Below, piece after piece: positions 1-9,591 of a stretch of DNA of 64,000 bases. The translations under genes and the position numbers were made by a program. Position 1 is the stretch's first letter; each line of letters starts with the position of its first letter. The stretch is from the NCBI GenBank assembly GCA_051875555.1, contig JBJEGZ010000011.1, positions 108,452-172,451 on the forward strand, in the 5' to 3' direction. Below the pieces are notes generated by a model. The model made no database searches and had not been told where the DNA came from. It worked only from the letters and a program-made list of their open reading frames with translations. Origin of the DNA: Candidatus Limimorpha sp. GTDB lineage: Bacteria; Bacteroidota; Bacteroidia; Bacteroidales; F082.

Positions 1-251
1 TGACCGAACAACTCTGAGTCGATGGTGCCTTCAGGTATTGCACCGCAGTTTATGGCGAAATATGGACCGTGTTTGCGGCTGCTGTTTTGATGTATTATCT
101 GGGGAAATACGTCCTTACCAGTGCCGCTTTCCCCATTAATAAACACCGTGAGGTCAGTAGCCGCAACCTGAACCGCTACCTCAATGGCGCGGTTTAGGTT
201 GGGGTCATTGCCGATTATGCCAAATCGTTGTTTTATCGACTGAATGTCCAT
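1..251 (-). CDS. sigma-54-dependent transcriptional activator; only the N-terminal part is in the window (gene runs off the left edge)
   Basis: Minus-strand translation from the ATG at 249-251 reads MDIQSIKQRFGIIGNDPNLNRAIEVAVQVAATDLTVFINGESGTGKDVFPQ...AINCGAIPEGTIDSELFG. This is an AAA+ sigma-54 interaction domain with Walker A GESGTGK. The start overlaps the pheT stop (TAATG). Confidence 0.8.
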   Translation of the reverse strand, partial: MDIQSIKQRFGIIGNDPNLNRAIEVAVQVAATDLTVFINGESGTGKDVFPQIIHQNSSRKHGPYFAINCGAIPEGTIDSELFG

Positions 252-2719
252 TATCTTAATGTTGCGTTAAGTTGTTGCTCAATCGAAGACTGTATCTTAG
301 CCATAGTCTTCTCTATCACCTTGTCAGTCAAAGTCTTCTGTGTGTCTTGTAAAATAAAGCTTATCGCATACTGCTTCTTGCCTGCCGGAATCTTATCGCC
401 TTCATAAATATCAAACAGGCTGACTGATTTGAGAATGTTCTTGTCTGCTGATAATGCCACTTTCTTGATTTGCTCGAAGGTGATTCCTTTATCTAATACA
501 AGCGCAAGGTCGCGACGTACACTCGGGAACTTAGGTAATGCACGGAAACTGATAGTATTCAAATTCTTGATAATCTTCATAATGGCGTCCCAGTCCAATG
601 TAGCATGGAAGACATCTTTCTTAATATCGAATATTTTCAATGTCTTCTGGCTAAGTTTGCCTAATGTCGCAATGTCGTTGCCGTTGACAGAGTAAACAAT
701 TGAATAATCGTAATGCTGAGCATCGCCCTCTCTCATCTGTATCTCCTCAGTGTTGATTCCGAGTTTGTGTATCACGCCTATAACGTATCTCTTTAAATCA
801 TAGAAGGTTATGCTTCTTGGTTTCTCGTTCCACGACTCTTCTTTGTCGTTTCCAGTGAGGAGCATGTCGAGACGGAAGTTCTCGCTGTATGGATTGAGTG
901 GCTTCTCCTCTGTCTGAGTATTCTCTTTATTGAAAGTGTATGTGTTGCCAAACTCGAAGAACTTCATGTTTGACCTCTTGAAGTTCTGGTTTCTTGCGAT
1001 GCTTTCGAGTCCGCCGAACATCAAAGACTGTCTCATCACGTCTAAATCGCTGCTTAAAGGATTGAGAATCTTGATGTTTTTCTCTTCGTTAAAACTTTCA
1101 AGCTCTCTTGTGTATGCCGATTTTGTAAGAGAGTTATTCATGATTTCATTGAATCCGTTCGCAGCGAGCATGATAGAAATATGTTCTTGAAGTTTCTCCG
1201 CGTCCGGTTTGTTGTTCACGTTAAGGCTTGCGTTTATTTTTGAAGGTATTGCTATATTGTCGTAGCCATATATACGTAGAATCTCTTCCACAAGGTCGGC
1301 CGGACGATAGACATCAACTTTACATGTCGGGACATCGACTGTCACATACTCGTCGGTGCGTTCCACCACTTTGCATTCAAGGTCTGAAAGGATATTGACA
1401 GCAGTGTCTTTCTCTATTTCCTGACCGGCTATCTTGTTGAGGTAGTCGAATTTAAGTACCACCCTTGTAGGAGTGAAGTCAGCATTGACAACGTCTTTTA
1501 TCTCTGATGAGATTGTACCGCCGGCGAGTTCTTTCACAAGCAAAGCGGCGCGTTTGAGTGCATAAATTGTGACGTTAGGGTCGCAACCACGTTCATAGCG
1601 GAAACTTGCGTCAGTCTGAAGTGCGTGCCGTCGTGCCGTCTTGCGGATAGATGTAGGATTGAAGTAGGCACTCTCGATGAAGATGTTGGTTGTTGTTTCT
1701 GTGACACCTGACTCAAGTCCGCCGAAAACTCCCGCTATGCACATAGGCTCCTCGCTGTTGCAAATCATAAGGTCTTCATCGGTGATTTTACGCTCTACTC
1801 CGTCTAAAGTAGTGAACATCGTATCTTTGTCTATACATTTGACAATAACTTTGTTACCTTTGATTTTGTCGGCATCGAAGATATGTAGTGGCTGTCCAAC
1901 CTCCATCAAAACAAAATTCGATATGTCAACAATGTTGTTGATTGACCTGAGACCGGCTGCTTCAAGGCGATGTCTGAGCCACGCTGGCGACTGCCCGACT
2001 TTTATGCCGCTGACGGTGACACCTGAGTAACGCGGACATCTGTCGGTGTCTTCTACAACCACCTCTATATTATTATCTGTGTTATCTGTCTTATAATCAT
2101 CAACAGAAGGCTTGATAATCTTATACTCGCGAGTGTTGTTCTTGTGGTTTAATGCTGCCACAATATCGCGGTCGCAGCCGATATGTGATGTGGCGTCAGA
2201 GCGGTTTGCCGTCAACCCAATCTCATAAGTGAAATCTTCCTCTACTGGAAAATAGAAGGATGCTGGCTTCCCGACCTCATAATCGTCTGGTAACACCATG
2301 ATACCATCGTGTGACTCTCCAAGCTGAAGCTCGTCTTCTGCGCATATCATGCCTTCTGACACCTCGCCGCGTATCTTCCCTTTCTTAATAGTGAACGATT
2401 CTTCTCCTTTCCATAACTCGCAACCTATTGTTGCTACCAAAACTTTCTGCCCGGTAGCGACATTAGGCGCACCGCAAACTATATGTAACGGCTCCTCGTT
2501 ACCGACATCTACCGTAGTGATATGAAGATGGTCTGAGTTAGGATGTTCGACGCATGTGAGCACTTTCCCAACTACAACGCCTTTTAATCCGCCTTTTACT
2601 GATTCATAACGTGTGATGTCTTCAACTTCAAGACCTGTCCCGGTCAGCGTTTTTCCAAGCTCTTCAGCGGGTAACTCGCACTGAATGTATTGCTTAAGCC
2701 AATTGTATGATATTTTCAT
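251..2719 (-). CDS. pheT: phenylalanine--tRNA ligase beta subunit
   Basis: 822-aa ORF. N-terminus MKISYNWLKQY with a tRNA-binding domain, followed by B3/4, B5 and FDX-ACB-like regions typical of PheT. Confidence 0.97.
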   Translation of the reverse strand: MKISYNWLKQYIQCELPAEELGKTLTGTGLEVEDITRYESVKGGLKGVVVGKVLTCVEHPNSDHLHITTVDVGNEEPLHIVCGAPNVATGQKVLVATIGCELWKGEESFTIKKGKIRGEVSEGMICAEDELQLGESHDGIMVLPDDYEVGKPASFYFPVEEDFTYEIGLTANRSDATSHIGCDRDIVAALNHKNNTREYKIIKPSVDDYKTDNTDNNIEVVVEDTDRCPRYSGVTVSGIKVGQSPAWLRHRLEAAGLRSINNIVDISNFVLMEVGQPLHIFDADKIKGNKVIVKCIDKDTMFTTLDGVERKITDEDLMICNSEEPMCIAGVFGGLESGVTETTTNIFIESAYFNPTSIRKTARRHALQTDASFRYERGCDPNVTIYALKRAALLVKELAGGTISSEIKDVVNADFTPTRVVLKFDYLNKIAGQEIEKDTAVNILSDLECKVVERTDEYVTVDVPTCKVDVYRPADLVEEILRIYGYDNIAIPSKINASLNVNNKPDAEKLQEHISIMLAANGFNEIMNNSLTKSAYTRELESFNEEKNIKILNPLSSDLDVMRQSLMFGGLESIARNQNFKRSNMKFFEFGNTYTFNKENTQTEEKPLNPYSENFRLDMLLTGNDKEESWNEKPRSITFYDLKRYVIGVIHKLGINTEEIQMREGDAQHYDYSIVYSVNGNDIATLGKLSQKTLKIFDIKKDVFHATLDWDAIMKIIKNLNTISFRALPKFPSVRRDLALVLDKGITFEQIKKVALSADKNILKSVSLFDIYEGDKIPAGKKQYAISFILQDTQKTLTDKVIEKTMAKIQSSIEQQLNATLR

Positions 2720-2792
2720 CTTATAAGTATTTTTCGTTACGAATTATTATTACTCTCCTGAGCAATAGATAATCTGTTATAAATATTGCTTG

Positions 2793-2800
2793 CAAAAATA
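2793..2800 (-). promoter_or_regulatory. Bacteroidota -7 promoter box (TATTTTTG on the minus strand) upstream of pheT
   Basis: Plus-strand caaaaata is the reverse complement of TAnnTTTG. It lies about 80 nt upstream of the pheT ATG. Confidence 0.4.
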
Positions 2801-2822
2801 ATATTTTATGACAAAATGTCAG

Positions 2823-3203
2823 TTAAAAATTATTATTTTTTTTATATGAAATTGTCACCTTGCCTAATGGAGTGATAATCTCCGTGCTTATAGTGCCTGA
2901 ATCATATTCAATGCGGGTGATGTGTGTGTCCGGCTCAAGGTTTATGGTTCCGTTTTCGTCTAACTTATACTTGTAATCGGCGTTGATATTTCCCATATTA
3001 ATATGTACTATACTGTCGTTCCTGAATGTAAGCGTGTTTTGTTTCTCAAGGATCCCGGCCTGATGTATCATCTCCGGTGTGTTCCTTTTCTCATCGAAAT
3101 CAAAAGAAATCTTATCTACAGTCCATGTCCCAATGATTTCTGATTGTTTGGTGCATGCTGCCAGTGTCAGGAGTATGGATAATACTAATAAGAAATACCT
3201 CAT
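2823..3203 (-). CDS. small lipoprotein of unknown function
   Basis: 126-aa ORF with signal peptide and lipobox (LLTLAAC). No recognisable catalytic motif. Confidence 0.6.
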   Translation of the reverse strand: MRYFLLVLSILLTLAACTKQSEIIGTWTVDKISFDFDEKRNTPEMIHQAGILEKQNTLTFRNDSIVHINMGNINADYKYKLDENGTINLEPDTHITRIEYDSGTISTEIITPLGKVTISYKKNNNF

Positions 3204-3285
3204 TTTGAGAAAAAAAGAGTTAAAAGTAATCCTGTTTTATCTCCATGGAATCTTTTAGGATAACTTTTAACTCTCTTTACAAGAA

Positions 3286-4707
3286 TTAGAATATTCCAGG
3301 GATGCGAATCCATTCGCGTTCTTCAGCGCAAGTGGCTTCAACTTCCTCTACTGTCTTTGGAATTGGACGGCCGAGAACTCTGTTGCCGTCTTCTGTGATT
3401 AACAGGTCGTCTTCAATACGTATTCCACCGAAGTCCTTGAATGTCTCGACTTTATCGTAATTGATGAAGTCCTTGTGTTTGCCCTGTGCTTTCCAAATAT
3501 CGATTAAGGTTGGAATGAAATAGAGACCCGGCTCGTCCGTTACTACGAAACCTGGTTTGAGGACTTTGCCGCAACGTAAGCAGCTGAATCCTTCTTGTGT
3601 GGAGCGTGGTGTCTCTTTGTCGTAACCTACGTTAATTTCGCCAAGTCCTTCCATATCATGGACATCCATTCCGAGCATGTGACCTAAGCCGTGAGGCTGG
3701 AACAGATAGTGGGCTCCTGCTGCGAGAGCATCGTCAACGTTACCTTTCATAAGACCGATGCCTTTGAGACCCTCGATAAGGGTGCGTGCGGATAACTTGT
3801 GCATCTCCATGTATCTTATGTTTGGTCGTGTGTTCTTTACAACCTCCATATTGGCTTTAAGCACTATCTCATAGATATCGCGCTGGCGTGAGTTGAACTT
3901 TCCTCCAACAGGTGTGGTCCTTGTGAAGTCGCTCGCGAGATAGTTCTCAGTCTCGGCACCGCAGTCACATACCATCATCCTTCCTTCTTGAAGTATATTG
4001 CCGTGGTTGTGGTTGTGCAATGTCTGGCCGTCCATACTTACGATATTTGGGAATGATACCAACCCGCCGCGTGCTATTGCGATTCCTTCTATTGTACCGC
4101 TAATCTCCTGCTCGATGACACCCGGCTTGCACATTTTCATTGCTGTGGTGTGCATGTAATATGCTGTAAGTGCGGCTCTCTCCATCTCATCTATCTCAAG
4201 CTGGCTCTTTACCTCGCGCAAACTGACGATGGCTTCTATCAAGAGCTGGCTCACATAGTTCTTCACCTCGCATGTGCAGATGTCAAGATAATTGGCAATC
4301 TTGATTGTCATGTCGCCGCGGTATGTTGGAGTGATGTGTATCGCGCGTCCCTTCTCCTTCGCAGCCTGAATGTACTCCGGAAAACTGTTGATGTCCCTGC
4401 AATCCTTGATTCCGATAGTGTCGCCTTGCTCTGGCAATGATTTTAATGGACCGCACCAGATGATGTCGTCAATAGTGACTTCTTTTCCAAACAAAATCTC
4501 TTCTCCACTCTCAAAGTCGATTACTCCAATCAAATCAGGATGGTTCAGACCAAAGAAGTATGAGAAATTGCTGTCTTGACGATAATGATAGGTGTTGTCA
4601 GGATAATTCATTGATGCTTCATCGTTGGCAACGAAAAATGCGATGCCTTTATTCATCAATTTTTTTAGTGCTGCTCTGTGTCCAGCATAAACTTCTTTTG
4701 CAAACAT
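3286..4707 (-). CDS. Xaa-Pro aminopeptidase, M24B family (paralog 1)
   Basis: AMP_N-like motif YRQDSNFSYFFG and M24 metal-ligand region (HGLGHMLGMDVHD, EPGLY, IRIEDD). The ORF-track start at 4731 is a TTG, so I use the ATG at 4705-4707 (MFAKEVY). Confidence 0.85.
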   Translation of the reverse strand: MFAKEVYAGHRAALKKLMNKGIAFFVANDEASMNYPDNTYHYRQDSNFSYFFGLNHPDLIGVIDFESGEEILFGKEVTIDDIIWCGPLKSLPEQGDTIGIKDCRDINSFPEYIQAAKEKGRAIHITPTYRGDMTIKIANYLDICTCEVKNYVSQLLIEAIVSLREVKSQLEIDEMERAALTAYYMHTTAMKMCKPGVIEQEISGTIEGIAIARGGLVSFPNIVSMDGQTLHNHNHGNILQEGRMMVCDCGAETENYLASDFTRTTPVGGKFNSRQRDIYEIVLKANMEVVKNTRPNIRYMEMHKLSARTLIEGLKGIGLMKGNVDDALAAGAHYLFQPHGLGHMLGMDVHDMEGLGEINVGYDKETPRSTQEGFSCLRCGKVLKPGFVVTDEPGLYFIPTLIDIWKAQGKHKDFINYDKVETFKDFGGIRIEDDLLITEDGNRVLGRPIPKTVEEVEATCAEEREWIRIPGIF

Positions 4708-4744
4708 AGTATTTCTTTTTTGTTGTTTCAAATAAATTACTGCG

Positions 4745-4752
4745 CAAATTTA
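4745..4752 (-). promoter_or_regulatory. -7 promoter box (TAAATTTG on the minus strand) for the M24 peptidase gene
   Basis: Plus-strand caaattta is the reverse complement of TAnnTTTG. It lies about 40 nt upstream of the ATG at 4707. Confidence 0.5.
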
Positions 4753-4851
4753 ATACAAAATTTGTAGAAATAGTTTGTTTTTTTTGTAAAATTTTATACA
4801 CATTCTTGCCTGTTTTGGGTCCATAGGTTTTTATTTATTGCCTTAAATGTG

Positions 4852-4886
4852 AAAAAAAAAGATAGACACACAATCATGTGTCTATC
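4852..4886 (-). terminator. rho-independent terminator after the purine permease gene
   Basis: Perfect 10-bp stem gatagacaca/tgtgtctatc with a 6-nt loop. The A9 run on the plus strand is a U-run on the minus strand. Confidence 0.75.
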
Positions 4887-4920
4887 CTATTATTGATTAA
4901 CGATTTGATACTCAATGGTT

Positions 4921-6234
4921 TTACATAAAGATGTATCTTAATACGAAAAGAATAAAGAGAATCCACATTGTGATGCTGATTTTCTTGAAATATTCTTTTT
5001 TGAAAATACCGCAGATGGCGTTCAGCGCGACGTATGAGATCATACCGAGCATGATTCCGTCAGAGATGCTGTATGCGAGAGGCATAAGCAGCGCCGTGAT
5101 GAATGCAGGTATTGATTCTGAATAGTTTTCCCATTCGATATTCTTCAATGGAGCTGCCATCATGACACCGACAATGCAGAGTACGGGACCTGTTGCGGCG
5201 TTAGGAATGGCGAGGAACAACGGTGAGAAGAATAATGCTATAACGAATCCCAAAGCGATGACGAATGATGTGAGTCCTGAACGTCCGCCTTCCGAAACTC
5301 CGGCCGCACTTTCGATGTATGTTGTCGTTGTTGAGGTTCCAAGGCAGGCTCCTGCTGTGGTAGCTACTGCGTCAGCCATCAATATCTTGCTGATGCCGTC
5401 GATGTGACCGTCTTTGTCAACCATGTTCGCCTTAACTGATACGCCTACAACGGTGCCGATGGTGTCGAACATATCAATGAATAAGAATGTTAGGACAACG
5501 ATAAGCATATCCCATGATAAGATTCTGCTCCACTCGAACTGGCAGAAAATAGGCTTGATCGAAGGCACTGAGGAGACAATTCCGTTGAATTGAGTCACTC
5601 CCATTGGAATGCCGATGAATGTTGTCGCAAGAATACCTATTAATAATCCTCCTTTGACTTTCAAAATGACGAGAGCAGAGGTGATTACGAAACCGATAAT
5701 GGTGAGAATAGATGATGTTGTGCTGAGGTTTCCAAGAGCAACGTCTGTCGCAGGGTCGTCAACGATGATACCGGCGTTTCTCAAACCTATGAATGCGATG
5801 TATAAGCCGATACCCGCACCGATAGCGTTCTTTAAAGTCGTTGGGATAGCGTTGACAATGGCTTCCCGTATATTAGTGATTGTCAGTAAGATAAATATGA
5901 TACCCTCGATAAGGATCGCTGTCAGGGCAAATTGCCATGAATATCCCATCCCGAGGCAGACGGTGAATACGAAGAAAGCGTTAAGACCCATTCCAGGTGC
6001 AAGTCCGAAAGGCTTTTTGGCATAGAAGGACATCACAAGTGTACCGATGATGGCCGCAAGGGCTGTGGCCGTGAACACAGCGTTGGTGGGCATGCCCTTA
6101 TCCGCAAGAGCACTGAAAATGTTTGGGTTGACAGCGAGTATGTATGCCATTGTTAAGAATGTCGTGATACCCGCAACAATCTCAGTCTTGACACTCATTG
6201 TCTTTTTGTTGAATCCGAATAATTTGTTTAGCAT
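4921..6234 (-). CDS. NCS2 family purine permease (adenine/guanine/hypoxanthine type)
   Basis: Polytopic membrane protein. N-terminus MLNKLFGFNKKTMSVKTEIVAGITTFLTMAYILAVNP is typical of the AzgA/PbuG-like NCS2 group. The start was moved to the ATG at 6232-6234. Confidence 0.9.
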   Translation of the reverse strand: MLNKLFGFNKKTMSVKTEIVAGITTFLTMAYILAVNPNIFSALADKGMPTNAVFTATALAAIIGTLVMSFYAKKPFGLAPGMGLNAFFVFTVCLGMGYSWQFALTAILIEGIIFILLTITNIREAIVNAIPTTLKNAIGAGIGLYIAFIGLRNAGIIVDDPATDVALGNLSTTSSILTIIGFVITSALVILKVKGGLLIGILATTFIGIPMGVTQFNGIVSSVPSIKPIFCQFEWSRILSWDMLIVVLTFLFIDMFDTIGTVVGVSVKANMVDKDGHIDGISKILMADAVATTAGACLGTSTTTTYIESAAGVSEGGRSGLTSFVIALGFVIALFFSPLFLAIPNAATGPVLCIVGVMMAAPLKNIEWENYSESIPAFITALLMPLAYSISDGIMLGMISYVALNAICGIFKKEYFKKISITMWILFILFVLRYIFM

Positions 6235-6278
6235 AATATATGTGTTTTGCTGTTGATAAAAAATTAAGGGATAAGTAA

Positions 6279-6306
6279 GAGGAATAGATTTTTGCATCTA
6301 TCCCTC
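6279..6306 (-). terminator. hairpin directly after the Tsx-like gene (possible terminator or attenuator)
   Basis: 11-bp stem gaggaatagat/atctatccctc with one G-U pair. The U-rich tract follows only after about 15 nt. Confidence 0.35.
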
Positions 6307-6311
6307 AATTA

Positions 6312-7073
6312 TTAGAAATTCCATTTAATACCTAAGCATGGGTTGACATGCCAGCCTTTTGTGAGGTTGCCCGTGAAGTTGCAAGCTATCTCGACCTCGC
6401 CTCCGATGTTGAGGTTGTCGCATCCGAAATGACGTCCGATGTTGTACCAAAGCTGAGGCTCGGTGATGAAAACGCCTGTTGTCTCGGCAGAAACAAGGTC
6501 CTGCTCCCAATGGACATTCTCCCACCAGAAATCTGCAAAGCCTGAGAATGTGAGGCCTTTGGCTCCGAACAAGTCGTTGCAACCCCAGACTATGGTGAAC
6601 TGCATAGGAACGTCTTGGTCTTTCTGCGCGATGGTTTTATAGAGAACCTCAAATGTCAAGGTGTATCTGAAGTCTGATGAATGGAGGAAATACTCAGCAC
6701 CGAAGAGCCAGCAGTTGTTGATGCCGTAGCCGAAGATGCCAGGGACAACGCCGAGACCGCCATTATATTCAACGTGTGCGCTTAATGCACCGAGTTTGCT
6801 GTTTTGCCAGAAGTTTAATGAACGTGCTATCTCTGCGTATGCGCCTATAGGTGCGCTGTTGTCAATGCCATCTTTGTGCTGGAACTTCCCGTCATGTGTG
6901 ATATCGACAAAGAAGAATGTGCTTCCCCAATTGTCTCCCTTGAACATCTCAAGTGTGGTGGTGATGTTCTGACGGTCTTTCCCAAAATCATACATTACTT
7001 GAATGTTTGTCTGTGCCTTTGCAAAGATTGTAGCAGCAAAGAATACTGCAAAGAATAGTAAGTTTTTTTTCAT
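6312..7073 (-). CDS. Tsx-like / DUF5020-like outer-membrane nucleoside channel
   Basis: Signal peptide, aromatic-rich beta-strand pattern and terminal ...IKWNF. The N-terminal NIQVMYDFGKDRQ...GSTFFFVDI resembles Tsx. It is adjacent to the purine permease. Confidence 0.65.
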   Translation of the reverse strand: MKKNLLFFAVFFAATIFAKAQTNIQVMYDFGKDRQNITTTLEMFKGDNWGSTFFFVDITHDGKFQHKDGIDNSAPIGAYAEIARSLNFWQNSKLGALSAHVEYNGGLGVVPGIFGYGINNCWLFGAEYFLHSSDFRYTLTFEVLYKTIAQKDQDVPMQFTIVWGCNDLFGAKGLTFSGFADFWWENVHWEQDLVSAETTGVFITEPQLWYNIGRHFGCDNLNIGGEVEIACNFTGNLTKGWHVNPCLGIKWNF

Positions 7074-7098
7074 CTTTTAAAAATTAAAGTTGTTAATA

Positions 7099-8379
7099 TT
7101 ATTTTGATATTTGTTCGATTTCTATTGCTAAATCGCCGAAAAGATTCTCAGGCTCATTCTCTGTCACAAGAATATCGTCCTCAAGTCGGATGCCTATGCC
7201 TTCCTCTCTGATGTAAATTCCTGGCTCGCATGTGATAACCATCCCAGGGCGGAAGGGTTCATACTTGTCAAGATTGTCGTGACAGTCGAGACCGACATGA
7301 TGGGCGACACCGTGCATGAGGTATTTGGTGTAAAGCGGGTTGTTCGCATCTTGGTTCTTGACATCTTCTTCAGTGAAAAGACCCAGTTTTATCATCTCTT
7401 TCTCCATGAGCCTGTATGTGGAGCGGTTTATTTGGTCAATGGTGCTCCCAACAGTATAAAGCTTGGTTATCTCTTTCTTCACTCTTAAAACAGCCTCGTA
7501 ACATTCTTTCTGACGTGGCGTGAACGTGCCGTTTATCGGAATGGTCCTGCTTAAATCTGATGCGTAGTTGAGATATTCACAACCCATGTCTAATAGCAGC
7601 ATCTCATTGTCATTCAATATACTGTTGTTCTTTGAATAGTGCAGACAGCATGCGTTCCTGCCTCCGGCGATGATTGGCTGGAATGCGTGGCCGTTGGCGT
7701 TGTTCGTCTTGAAAACGTATTCCATCTCTGCCTGCATCTCGTACTCGCTGCGCCCCGGCCTTACAGTGTCTTTGATGTGTAAAAAAGCCTTGCCTGTAAT
7801 CTCGCATGCTTTCCTCATCACTGCAAGCTCCTCCTCCGACTTTATCTTTCGCAAATTATTCAGTATAGGTGCAGAACGCTCGAAGGTGTGAAGCGGATAC
7901 TCGTTCATTATTTTTCTTGCAAAACGTTGTTGGATGGTGACAACCTCAGAAGAGAACCGAGAATATTCATAAAGGTTTAAATATACTCTCTCACTGCTGA
8001 GAATCAATTCTTTAAGGATGTCATCGAAACTGTTGGAGTATTTTACCGTAACACAGCCTGATAACTCCTTCGCTTGTTTCGTGTCAAGCATCTCTCCACG
8101 CCAAATGGCCTTCATCTCATCGTAAGGCTCTATAAAAAGTATCTCGCGCATCGACTCAACCGGATGGTCGGGATATAAGATCAAGAACGCCCCTTCACGG
8201 TCAATTCCTGTCAGATAAAAGAAATCGGAGTTCTGCCGGAAAGGATAACACTGGTCGCCATTTCTCGGCATCTCCTCGTTCGCTGTGAAAACTGCTATTG
8301 AATTTTTTGCCATCTGTGCCGCAAAATTCTTTCTATTTCTCACAAAAAGCGTGTTGGGTATGTTGTTGTTTTGTGCCAT
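7099..8379 (-). CDS. Xaa-Pro aminopeptidase, M24B family (paralog 2, PepP-like)
   Basis: AMP_N motif FRQNSDFFYLTG and M24 motifs (HGVAHHVGLDCHD, EPGIY, IRLEDD). The start was moved to the ATG at 8377-8379 (MAQNNNIP). Confidence 0.85.
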   Translation of the reverse strand: MAQNNNIPNTLFVRNRKNFAAQMAKNSIAVFTANEEMPRNGDQCYPFRQNSDFFYLTGIDREGAFLILYPDHPVESMREILFIEPYDEMKAIWRGEMLDTKQAKELSGCVTVKYSNSFDDILKELILSSERVYLNLYEYSRFSSEVVTIQQRFARKIMNEYPLHTFERSAPILNNLRKIKSEEELAVMRKACEITGKAFLHIKDTVRPGRSEYEMQAEMEYVFKTNNANGHAFQPIIAGGRNACCLHYSKNNSILNDNEMLLLDMGCEYLNYASDLSRTIPINGTFTPRQKECYEAVLRVKKEITKLYTVGSTIDQINRSTYRLMEKEMIKLGLFTEEDVKNQDANNPLYTKYLMHGVAHHVGLDCHDNLDKYEPFRPGMVITCEPGIYIREEGIGIRLEDDILVTENEPENLFGDLAIEIEQISK

Positions 8380-8790
8380 GGTTATTGATTTTATAGGATT
8401 GTTTTCTGTTTTTATATAAAAATTATAAGATTGACGGCCTCCTCCGCTTATTGCTTTTTGGGAATGTGGTTGGGACACATCTGTGCGCCAGCCTCGGAAT
8501 GAGAGACCGAATAGAGTCTTGAGAAATGGATAATCTCTTGATTATCATATATGATTTTGGTAAAGAATACCTCATCATGCTCATCGTTTTTACGAGAACA
8601 AAGATACAAAATCTTTAATAATTGGGGAGAAACAAGGAAAAATAATTGGTCGATAAGCGTTTTTTTTCTGAGGCGTTTGTTTATAATGATTTACATTGTC
8701 TTTTTAAATTTTTTCTCAGATGCCATATATTAATAAGGTGTGTCTTCGTCTCGCGAAATGAGAGTCTCTGTTTTTCTGAGGTGGCTTGAT

Positions 8791-8824
8791 AAAAAAATAG
8801 GGCATCAAACTAATGTGCCCTATT
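8791..8824 (-). terminator. rho-independent terminator after the OMP gene 8859-9503
   Basis: 9-bp stem aatagggca/tgccctatt. The A7 run on the plus strand is a U-run on the minus strand. Confidence 0.7.
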
Positions 8825-8858
8825 TGTTCGCTGACAAAAAATGTCTGTGTCTTTCGTA

Positions 8859-9503
8859 TTATAAAAGTTTGAAACCTACAGTTGCTGTAAACATATTCTG
8901 TTTTGGATTCTCTAACTCCATATTATAACCTTGGATCTCGAATTCTTCTGATTCGAAGAATTTTGTAAGACCGAAGTTGTAGCTGATGTCGAGGGTGAAT
9001 CTCCAAACATCTACACCAACCATAACGGCACCACTCCAAAGCATGTTCTTTGCCTTAAGGTCAAGGTCGGTGTTGTTGTTCGCGAAGCTGACCTCGCTTG
9101 TCTGTTTCAAGATGAAGTTCATGACAGGACCGGCATTTGCTCTTACTTTGATAAGCTTTGTGTCGAGAACTTGGAAACCTAAATAAATCGGGACGCTCAT
9201 TGTTTGCTCGTTCATCTCAAGTTTTGGGTTAAAGTCAAGTAACGAGGAGGTGCCTTTGATCTCGAAGACTTGTCCGGTCTTGAAATAATTGATCTCTGGC
9301 TGAATGATGAATCTGCCGATTGTGACTCTTCCGAAAACTCCGGCTGTGAAGTTCGCTTTGTAACTTGCTTGGATGTCTTCTTTTTTCATTGATAACTTAG
9401 CTGTTTGGTAACCGATTTTTGGTCCAATACAAATGTCGAAACCTTCGGCTTTTACGGTGTTAAAAAGGAGGACGACTGCGAAAAGGAGCAAGAATTTCTT
9501 CAT
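8859..9503 (-). CDS. small outer-membrane beta-barrel protein (porin-family/OmpW-like), 214 aa
   Basis: Signal peptide MKKFLLLFAVVLLFNTVKA and alternating beta-strand pattern. Confidence 0.7.
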   Translation of the reverse strand: MKKFLLLFAVVLLFNTVKAEGFDICIGPKIGYQTAKLSMKKEDIQASYKANFTAGVFGRVTIGRFIIQPEINYFKTGQVFEIKGTSSLLDFNPKLEMNEQTMSVPIYLGFQVLDTKLIKVRANAGPVMNFILKQTSEVSFANNNTDLDLKAKNMLWSGAVMVGVDVWRFTLDISYNFGLTKFFESEEFEIQGYNMELENPKQNMFTATVGFKLL

Positions 9504-9549
9504 AATATCAAAAATTTTAAAAATTAATTTTTTTATTAGATAAATAGAT

Positions 9550-9557
9550 TATTTTTG
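9550..9557 (+). promoter_or_regulatory. -7 promoter box TATTTTTG for the gene at 9592
   Basis: Exact TAnnTTTG match 35 nt upstream of the ATG. It abuts the minus-strand box, giving TATTTTTGCAAAGATA. Confidence 0.6.
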
Positions 9558-9565
9558 CAAAGATA
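9558..9565 (-). promoter_or_regulatory. -7 promoter box (TATCTTTG on the minus strand) for the gene ending at 9503
   Basis: Plus-strand caaagata. It is one of eight caaagata (TATCTTTG) boxes preceding minus-strand genes in this window. Confidence 0.55.
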
Positions 9566-9591
9566 TAAAATTTCAAAACAAACATACAGAA

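Noticed and set aside
6235-6311. Looked for a purine riboswitch upstream of the NCS2 permease
   Set aside because: The leader is only about 75 nt and lacks the conserved purine-riboswitch loop and junction sequences. It contains just one hairpin, which is better explained as the terminator of the upstream Tsx-like gene.
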